A stretch of 64,000 bases of DNA from Trichoplax adhaerens. Its lineage: Eukaryota; Animalia; Placozoa. A program made the translations under genes and the position numbers. How positions within the stretch are numbered: position 1 is the stretch's first letter; each line of letters begins with the position of its first letter. The stretch is from contig NW_002060952.1 of the NCBI RefSeq assembly GCF_000150275.1, positions 1,416,452-1,480,451 of the forward strand, read 5' to 3'. The notes beneath the pieces are model-generated. The model had not been told where the DNA came from, made no database searches, and was given only the letters and a program-made list of their open reading frames with translations. Positions 54,001 to 64,000 of this stretch are shown here, piece by piece.

Positions 54001-55773
54001 TAGCAGCTAATTCATAGAACTGATTAAATTCTGTATATAAACCGTAAACTGCGGCACAAGGGTGAGATATATCGAGGCTAGAAATGATGTTAATATAATA
54101 TATTTGAAAGAAAATTGCATTTTAAAATATGTTGATCTTCAACTGCTTTTGTCGTTTATTGATACTAGTAACAGACTAATGATTAAAGGGATAGCGTTGC
54201 TGATGGCGGATTTTCTGAATACTTGCTAGTTTAATTCAGTCTCAAACAGAATAAAATTGTATAGCCTTACACAACATATTGCATTGAATCATTTTTGGAC
54301 GTGTTATAGAGAAATACAGAATGCCTAATTTGTAAATTACTAGGCACTGGCATATACATAACTAGCGAATATAACATAATATTGGGCAGCAAAAGGATAG
54401 TGGTTTAGTTTTGTATGTTATTATGATCTTTTTGTCAGATTTAAACACACTGAAGCTAAAGAGGTGCTAGCATCATTGCATTTTTTTCTTTTATCCTTTC
54501 ATCTAAGTTTATAGAAGTAGACTACCAAATACATTTACCTTCAAATTCATGATTTTAAGATCATCATGTACAGTATATACTTCAGTTATTATTTAAAAAT
54601 ACTCTTTACATATTTTCTAGACATTTAAATTTGTTACATCTATCCGTACCTTGGTTGTTTGCTTCTTGATTTGTATCGACACTATATATGCTTTGAGCTA
54701 TTAAATAAGGTATCAGTATGCATTACAGGATTAGTTTACTACCTAAAAGAAAGAGATTTTGCATAGACTGACATAGCAAGTTTTGCGCTGCTGATTAGCT
54801 CAAGTTACCAATCATATTCAAATGTTTATTATAAACTTATAGTATTTTATTGCAAATACGGTTTACAAATTGGTATTACAGAAAAGAAATTGCCCAACAA
54901 ACATTTTAGCTTAGGTGGTTGTAAACATCCAATAACTACAAGGCTAATAGCTGGTCTATAAAGATTAGACCTAATATACCGAGAATCATAGAATAATCGA
55001 TAATTATAATTTATGATAGAAATTCATTTAATAACGATATACTATTCAGCAGTTAAATAGCTGAAATATAAAACTCTAAAGGCAACAAAATTTGCTTTCA
55101 AATTTATATAGAGGGAAGATAATTTTTCTATATTGTACCGTAGATAATGTACTTAAGAATTAGTGATAACATAAGTATATATATAGCATGAGTGTAGGAC
55201 AATAAGAAAAACAATTTACCTTAGTTGTAGATATATTATAAATTCTAATTGTTTAAGAAATAGAGTTTAGTCTATTGAATGACTAAGTTTGTAATAGTGT
55301 ATGGTAGCTCAATGTTTCTAAAATTATAATTTTCTTTCTACAGATGAATTAATTTCTTCAGTAAAATTGAAGGCTATCACAAAAGCATGCGAATACAATA
55401 AATTAGGGTATTGTTGTAAAGTATAAGGTATATAACTGATTGTAATCAGAATGAAAACAGAGAGATTGGAAGGGCTACATTAATGCATAACTTTCCATAT
55501 TACAAATATTACAACCCAGTAATAATGAAAGGATACAGCCTAATAGGATAAAATTTAGAGCGAGAAGATATTTAAAATAGATTATATATCGTCAGATAAC
55601 TTGTAGTATGGTCTTTTAAGATGTTGAGCTTTAGTGAAGCTCAGTTCATGGGCTAGTCGTTGCAGATGCAATGATTGAGCTGTATTTCATGAATTCTAGT
55701 TGGCCATTAGTGAATCAGTAATGTTAGGTACGTATCTATTAGATCTATCTGTGAGTAAACGCTATACTAATAC

Positions 55774-55906
55774 TTAGTGATACAACTTTGAGTATACTCT
55801 ATTTAGGGCTTCATCGAATCTAAGCCTTGCTTGGTGCTTGCGAAGCGCTGAGTACTCTGTATGTCGATCATTCCAGTAATCGTCATCATCTAGTTGTATA
55901 GCTAAG
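55774..55906 (-). CDS. Duplicated alternative terminal exon of the SPATA6-family gene
   Basis: Acceptor ccttag| in the same phase 2 as exon 56764-56620. Encodes (S)LAIQLDDDDYWNDRHTEYSALRKHQARLRFDEALNRVYSKLYH*, homologous to (S)VTVQLDDNNYWSNRMSMYTGKPHRVLFDECLDKIYSRLYRN. Confidence 0.72.
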
Positions 55907-56619
55907 CTAAGGTAAGTATAAGCAATAGGTGAATCAGTATCTAATTTAAGAAAATCAGCCAGCCTTTAAAATTTCAATAACACCAAATAAATTTAATTTA
56001 TTTTCAAAGTCTAATTCGAATTTAAGTTATATTAGTGTACTAATATTGCTTTCAATGAAGATAGTGAATTGTGTGCTTATGACAGTTAGTACCGGTAGTC
56101 AATCATAATAGAAACTTTGACATTAATACAAATAACTGCCAATCAGAATAAAAACTATTCTACGATGGCATTAATATCAAAGTTCAAATCAAATAAATGC
56201 TTAGCTATACATATCAAGCAAGAGAACATCTATATGTACTGTATGCGACAGCGAGCATTTAATTATAGTTCAAAATTTGGTATTTTTGAATAATAATTGT
56301 TATATAAAATAGAAAATGTAAGGTCATAAAGGGTAACAAAAGTGAAATAATTCATTGCCTGGTGTTGCTTATTATTAAGATAAGGTTCTTATTTTTTAGA
56401 ATAGCTTTTCTAACAATATAGGGTAAAATACTAAAATCAATATAAATCAAATTGTATTTTTATTGTCAGAATATTCAATACTGATAAGGTGAAAATTAAT
56501 CCCATATTCAATGAGGATCAGTTTTGTATTGTCAATATCATCGCCATAAAATTATATGATCGTATACGGGAACTTATTATTAGAACAATTACCAAATGTT
56601 ATAAGACGGTAATAAATAT

Positions 56620-59600
56620 TTATTTCTCCCAACTTCTATAATTACGGTAAAGTCTGGAATAAATTTTATCCAGACACTCGTCAAAGAGGACCCGATGAGG
56701 TTTTCCAGTATACATCGACATACGATTTGACCAATAGTTGTTATCATCCAGCTGGACTGTAACGCTATATACGGTAGGAAGGATGTAATAGGATGAATAA
56801 TAGAGATCGAAACGCATTTAGACTAATTGATTATTTAGAGCATTGCAGACTATCTACAACATCGCAATTCAGATTTGCAGATGGACGTTTGCATTTTTAC
56901 ATAAAATTATATAAAATTGCAAATATCCACCTTTAATAATAACTACGGTCAGAGATTGATCAATGAACAGTTGCATTCTACGATTTTATGGTATTAGATA
57001 TAACTTCAATAGCATGGTTAGCATCATCTAAATTGATCAATTAAGTATAGAAAATACATCTGCCAAGTATCAGATGATTAATAAATTACTTATTTACTAT
57101 CAACGAGACAATATCTACACATTGTATATTCAACATATTTTTTGCATTCTATCTCAAATAAAGGCTAGTTAACGAAAAAAATGTTGTAGATTGATAGCAG
57201 TATCATGAACCAAATGTAATATGTATGCGCTTTTTCTATTTTATAGTATTGTAGATAAATAACTTCGATAGCATGGTTAAGACTACCCAAATAGATCAAA
57301 TAGGTATAGAATATTGCGTAAACTAAGTATCAGATGATTACTAAATTATTTCGGTTACTGTCAATAAGATAATATCTACACATTGTATATTAAACATATT
57401 CCTTGCATTTTATCGCAAGTAGCTAACGAAAAACGGCGATGATTGATAAGAGCATCATAAAAACAAAAATAATGTGTATACATCTTTTCGTATTTTATAG
57501 TGTTACATATAACTTCGATAGCATAGTTAGTAACATCTAAATAGATCATATTGGTATAGAATATTGCATCAACTAAGTATCAGATGATTACTAAATTACT
57601 TTAGTTGCTATTAATGAGATAATTTTTCAATATTGTATATATTCAACTTATTTTTTCCATTCTATCGCAAATAAAGGCTTGCTAACGAAAAAGTAGTGAT
57701 GATTGATAATGGCAATATAAACCAAAAATAATGTGTGTATGCTATTTTCTATTTGAAATATAAAGCTCAGCAGTATTGCTCTTCAACTATATTACTCATA
57801 GACTTCTATATTATTGGTAATTTACAAAAAAAAACATTATCTGAGATGTTAATATAATGTAGAGATCGCATACCTTCTGTTGTTGTAATCATTTTCAAGC
57901 TTTGAATCCTCAATAGTATCCCTGAAAAATTGATCGATCAGAATGATATCAGCTTTCTATCTAGGGCAGATTATGTCATGTAATAGACGATATTCGGTTA
58001 TACCTAAGTATATCTAGTGTATCTGTATCGGTATCTGTTGTATCAGTCTAGATAAAATATCAAATCATTCGTTAGCAATATTTGTTAGATTTCAATTATA
58101 AAACATGAACGGTGATGTTCTAAAAATGATCATGGTCATAAAGGAATCTCAACCTCGATATCCAGCTCTTCCATAATCCTTTTGACCTTGTTATGGATTC
58201 TTTTCGATACAGAATGGCGGTCCTGTCGACTTTCCCATCGACTAAGACGACTGTGATCGAGAACTGGAGACAAACTACGAGATCGATACTTCGTAACCGG
58301 ATCTGAGAGAGCACTTCGACCGATGCGTTGCTTGCCTACTGCTGTTGGAGTTGATGCTAATTTTCGGTCTTAATAAAATAACATAATTATCAAACTTGAT
58401 TATCTTCAAGTTTTATAAGTTATCATCTGCATTGTAGCAACGTATTATACTTTCATAACAATTTTGTATAACTATTCTATTAGTACGACTCATCATAAGT
58501 CCTAAATGAACAGGATGTATTAAAGTAATCAAGACTCAAAATTTTGAGAGAATAGCGTTATTGCGGACATTTACTATTTACTCATAGACTTTCGTCTAGG
58601 TACGGCGATTGATTTTTACTATATCTGTATTTTGTAAGTCATGACCAACTAGATATTCATACATAACTATATAACTCGTTTACGGCTTAACAATATTTAT
58701 TAAGGGTACAACTAAAACAAGCAATTACTTGCTATTAGAAATTACTTTCGCTATGTATACGAATCGTATATTGATAATTTGAAAGTATTAAGAGGGCGTA
58801 AAATGCAATTGGTATGGTAGTATACGATATCGTCCTACGAATATTATATGCTTCCATTTATTATCAGCACATTATGATAAAATAATAATCAATTTATTGG
58901 TGGAGATGCAACCCAATACTGTATTTCTCTGATATTAAATTAAATTTAATCTCATTTAGACTATAGGTATTTCTATTCACATCTTCAATATCTATTTATG
59001 AATTGTGTATTAAATACAGTAAAATCAAATCCACTTACCTATAGGTGATGATGATCGGTAAGCTGGCGTCGTTGATGTAAAACTTCTTTGTTCAAGTAAC
59101 TGGTTAATTTTATTTAAAGTTAAAGGATCGTAAATTATAAACCATTTTGAATAACTTAGGCTATAAAATGTAGCTTGCTAGTACCTTTTCATTTGCTTTA
59201 CCAACAACAAAAGGCTTTCTTTTAGATTGATATCGTCGATTACTTGAGATGTTACTCTTTAATGGTGATCTCAATGTCGACGATAGAGGAGCCGTGGAAG
59301 AGCGGTAATGTCGTCGCGTACTTGGAGTATAAGTGCGAGAAACATACGGAGATTGTGGACGATTTTTTGATAGAGACAAGGATTTTGTCTTGTTCAAGAT
59401 ATCAGCAACTTCGATATCCTATATGAATCCATGATAAGTTTGGGAAGCCATAGAGTTATAATTTATTTATAGCATCAAAATACGACATAAAAAGTACTTA
59501 ATTTATGAAAAACAGTTGGACCAAATATTTTCGTCTACTTACTGTAGAATCAACCGAAGTATCACTTTTCAATTGTTCCGAGTAGGTTGGCCATGCTACC

Positions 59601-61122
59601 TCCTTCATCGTAGTCTCCGTTGAAAATTCTAATTGAGGTGATATTCCCTAAATTTCGAAGAAATTTGGGATGAAAAAGCTATAGGCAAATACCTTAAAGG
59701 TACTTTTGATATAATATTTCTTTCATTATAATCTACTAAACCTACCTTAAAATGTTTCGTTCTATCTAGCAAAACTGTTCTTGTATTGCTACGCGATGAA
59801 ATGTAGGTATTGTGAGGAAAAAGAAAATCTCGAGTTGTCATTTCGCAATAGGCAAGAACGATTCCAGCTGTAATCAAAATGAAAAGGGTTTGATATGATA
59901 CAGTATTATCTGAACTATTAGAAAATTGATGTGGGAAAAAAAATATGTGACTAATGCTTTATCGATCTTACGTCTATAGTGATTCCCTCCTTGTATTAAT
60001 TGAATGCTAATTTCTTCCTCTTTTATTTTCAAAAATAAGTTACAATAGAATTATTAGTCCATTGATGAATACCATAAATAGCTATATATTAGTAAACCAT
60101 CAGTATATGATATCAATCACTCGAATATAAGTTCATTCTACATTTAGGGTCATTTAAACAAATATTTTATAATACAACATCATTATAATTGACAATATAT
60201 CATCAAAAATTACCACACCTTCTAGGACCTCCGCCAATTGGGAAGGATCTCGACAATTTGTAAATATCTAAATTATGGATCAAATCGTCAGTATCAACAT
60301 GTATGATGGCTGGATTAGTAGACAAATTCAATTGTAATAAAGTCGATTTAAAGGTGATGCTATGATGTGGATACCTTTTCAAATTGCAGTTGCTCGTTAA
60401 ATATTAGGGGAAAAATAGGTAAAGATGGATAGGTAAATTTGGTACGGTTGAATAATCGTACAGCGATGGAAACATCATCGCGATTTTTTAACCAAGTTCC
60501 AGGGCAAGTGACCTAAGATTGATATTCAGAAAGTGAGAGGAAAGTACAATTAGTATTGACTTCATCAATGCTAACTGCGTAGTAATATTTATTTGTTTCA
60601 ACAGGATACAAAGTAGGAGTTTACGGTATGATGATCATCGTCAATATCCGTCATTGCCGTAAGGTCCAGAAAAACTTTATTGTAAGTTATTTCAACTTTT
60701 TGATTGAAAGAACGCTTTGTTATCGTTTTATTGATTCCTCATGGGGAAGTATTACACCAGTCGACAGAACAATTTTTCGACTATAGATGTTTATTATAGT
60801 ACTGTAGAATCACGCTATCGATCTACATTAAATTTTTATGCTTCTCATTTAATCAACATGATCAACCTGTAAACATGATCGTATTGTGCAGAAAGGGAAA
60901 AAATCAGATACCACCATGGTGGTTATAAAGTAATCAAGTCAGTGGATCACATAAAATAAAATATTGATCTATAAACAATGAACCGTTCTATCCAAATGAT
61001 CAACCCCACGCTTCCAATAAAATAATAATCATTAATCAAAACAATCGCAATGTGTTGGAAGATTTGGAACTTACATTCTTAATGCGGATATTGGCTGTCA
61101 CATCTAACGACCTAAATGGCAT
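56620..61122 (-). CDS. SPATA6: Spermatogenesis-associated protein 6 family (SPATA6/SPATA6L), about 418 aa, 12 exons
   Basis: Exons 61122-61075, 60512-60375, 60267-60219, 60019-59972, 59867-59746, 59647-59543, 59418-59185, 59099-59039, 58368-58154, 58047-58004, 57921-57874, 56764-56620 (1257 nt). N-terminal VTCPG.WL..RDDV...IFPLIFN...FEK.F....DP, TRDFLFP, PQLEFST and C-terminal LDD..YWSNR...Y.GK.HR..F....DK.Y..LY match SPATA6 as I recall it. Confidence 0.85.
56980..57760. repeat. Intronic diverged tandem repeat, about 255 bp x3
   Basis: ataacttc.atagcat.gtta..aagtatcagatgatta at 57000/57259/57509. Confidence 0.8.
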
Positions 61123-61419
61123 CTTCAATCAGTTCCAAGGGAGAATTATCGTTTCAAGATAAAGTTGAAAGTATATGGTGATCCAATCAAGCCCGGAATA
61201 GCCAAGTAATGGAATCGACAGTAGTAAATCTTTCTCTTAATGATAGAGCAACGATTAGGCAAGGGGGTTTACGAACAGTAAATTAATTGTAGAATTGACG
61301 CCGATTAATCTTGTTACCAACGCGATGATGTGCCAATCACGCGTCAAGACAGACAACACGTGATGCAATGGACATGCGCACTGTACTGTTTAAATGAAGC
61401 AGGTATATGTAACCGCATC

Positions 61420-63900
61420 GGTATGGGGGAGGGATTGCACATTTCTATAATTCGTACATTATGGAAGGATCAATAGACTCGGTTGGGGTTTCTTCTTTCC
61501 AAGGAAGACCTTGTATTAATGTTATATATTAGATTTCTCCTGTCTGTACCTCTACTGGTCTTGGTTGGGTTTATTCTTTGAAGGAAAGGTCTTATTTTAA
61601 TGTTGTATATCAGATTTATTCATTCTGTACCTCTACCAATGGTCAACATAATAATTGTAGTTTTTATTAGTGCGATACTAGTATTTCATATAGGTTATCG
61701 GTAATGTATAGATATGCTTGCGAACATTTCTATATTACATCATGGAAGGATGAACAGCCTCAATTAGGTTTATTCTTTTAAGTAAAGACCGTGTTTCAAT
61801 GTTTTATTTTAGATTTATTCATTCGGTACCTCTATCGATCGTCAATATGATATAGGTGGTTTTATGTCAGTGCTATACTGGTATCGGTATAGGTTATTGG
61901 AAATGTTTAGTCTTAGCCGTAACATATAGATATGATAATTAGCAATTCTATACTACATTGAGGAAGGATCAACAGGCTCCATTGGATTTATTCTTCCAAA
62001 GAAAGACCTTGTTTTAATGTTGCACTTTAGATTTATTCATTCTGTACCTCTACCGATTATCTGTATGATAAATGTAGGCTTTTACTAGAGCTATACTGGT
62101 ATTGGGATAGGTTATCAGTAACGTATAGATATGGTTATAAACATTGCTATACTATATTATGCAAGGATCAACACACTTGATTGACTTTACTCTTCAAAAT
62201 GAAGACCTTATTTAAGGTTGCATTTTAGATTTATTAATTCTATACCTCTATCGATCGTCAGTATGATAATGGTAGTTTTTATTCGTACTATACTGGTATT
62301 GATATAGGTTATTGACAATGTGTAAATATGGTAATGAAATAACATTGATGTCAATCGGAGTAATGAAGAGAGGCTGATTAATCAGCCTAGGATAAGACAG
62401 TGAAAGGGAATATATCTGAACAAGGATATACTATATGATCAATAGACTGCTCGATTAGTTCTTAATGGCTTCTCTGATTTATTCTTACACCTCTATATTA
62501 CACTAGAGTGGGTATTTAATGAAGCCTTGATTAGCATTATCTTTAAAATTGTACTTTGATCGGTATATCTATATCGCTAATGTTGATTAAAAGAGAAAAT
62601 TTATTAATAATTCTGTACTTGTATCTACATAGACGTTAATGAACACTGATTGACGTTAATATAAATGGAATAAGGAAAAGCGATTGATTAATAATCAATC
62701 TTTATTAAATACATCAGGGAGAGACACAATGATATACTGTTTAGCAACAGACTTTGCTCGGCTAGGTCTTAATGGATTCTCTGATTAATATTTGATTCTT
62801 TTTTCTCTATGCTATACGAAAGTGCACTAGAGTTGATTGGATTTTATCTTCATAGAGGCCCTAATCAACGTAACATTTTTGATTGTGTATTTTTCTGTAC
62901 TTAGTAATATCGTCAATATTGATTATATTATAAAATAAAATATTTTCGTACTGTACTGGAATTTATGCATACATATGCATTACTAAACAGTAATCGTTGT
63001 CGAATCAGAACTGAGTAATAAAGGGCTGATTACTCGGCTTGCACTCATATCGTACGAGAAAATACATAAGTATAGCAGATAACGCGTTATCAACAGGCGC
63101 TGCTTGATTAATTCTTAATAAAGTCCTTGATTACTATTCCATTAGATTCACATATCTCGATCTATTCGCATATCTTCATGTCGTATGTACGAAAAATGGA
63201 CGGTAAATTAACTTACATTTCAAAGATACCGGTATCTGTTATTTTCACAGGTAATTAATAGCAATATACATCAGAGAAATGATTAAAGGTTGACTGATCT
63301 ACTTGTACGATGAGTTGAACCAGCGCATCTTTAAACTTTAATATTGTACTAATAAATTCAGCTCGATTGATTCGTAATGAAATGCCGAATAATATTTAGA
63401 TTTATTCGATATCTGTCCTCTATAAGAAATAAGAATTGGAATTTAATGCTTTATTTATGTTTTGTCCGTACGGTATGTATCATTATTTCAAGAATAACTA
63501 ATAGCAGACAGTTTAGAGCAATGAAAAGGAACTGATTAAACAATCATGCCAATAGTAAAAGAAGGAAGATTTACACATCATTATACAGTAATATCAATAG
63601 ACTTGATTCCAGCTTTATTAATAAAGTGCCTGATTAATATTACATTAGACTTATTAATATCTATATGTTTACATATTGTCAGTCTGGAACGTCAACTATA
63701 ATTCTATGGTATGGTAGTCGTATTTGCACATATGTTTTATTTTAGCATTAATTAAAATGAATAGAAATCAAAGCGATGAAAGAACTTAGCTAATCAATCT
63801 CGTCAGTGATATGTGGAGGAGGATTTATGCTCGCACATTGGTATTTTTTAGCAGACTTAATTAGGTTAATTCTTCTTGATGAAGTTTCTATTGAATACTA
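61420..63900. repeat. Long degenerate tandem array (about 200-350 bp units), decaying rightwards
   Basis: g.aaggat.aa.a..ctc...gaagacctt...agatttattcattctgtacctcta at 61463/61744/61962/62161; weaker caa.agac...ttaat motifs at about 62438, 62742, 63089, 63593, 63850. Confidence 0.7.
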
Positions 63901-64000
63901 ATTTTAATGCGTCTCTATGTTTTCATATTCAGCTATAAGAATAATATAATTTATCAATCATTAGTACTTTGGTTATGCTTATGCGTATATATTATCCTAG

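Overview
AT-rich, intron-containing animal DNA. The short GT-AG introns, TPR-Roco gene and compact gene spacing suggest a placozoan such as Trichoplax (inference only). 1-12 kb is a housekeeping block: a Nopp140/Srp40-like gene (+), mitochondrial MTHFD2 (-) and PRPF38A (+), the last two head-to-head across a palindromic (TACAG/CTGTA)n satellite. 13-38 kb is a putative immune/endolysosomal cluster: three LITAF-domain paralogs with identical exon structure and, between them, a spliced TPR-ROC-COR (Roco) gene with a degenerate G3 motif. Three solo-LTR-like elements with TG...CA ends and perfect target-site duplications lie at 28.0, 29.3 and 44.1 kb. 48-61 kb holds an uncharacterised 9-exon gene with a canonical RFX X-box upstream, and a SPATA6-family gene with a duplicated, apparently intact alternative last exon. 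Many diverged 115-280 bp tandem duplications fill the intergenic and intronic space. Gene models were built by hand from splice sites and phase consistency; no database searches were run.
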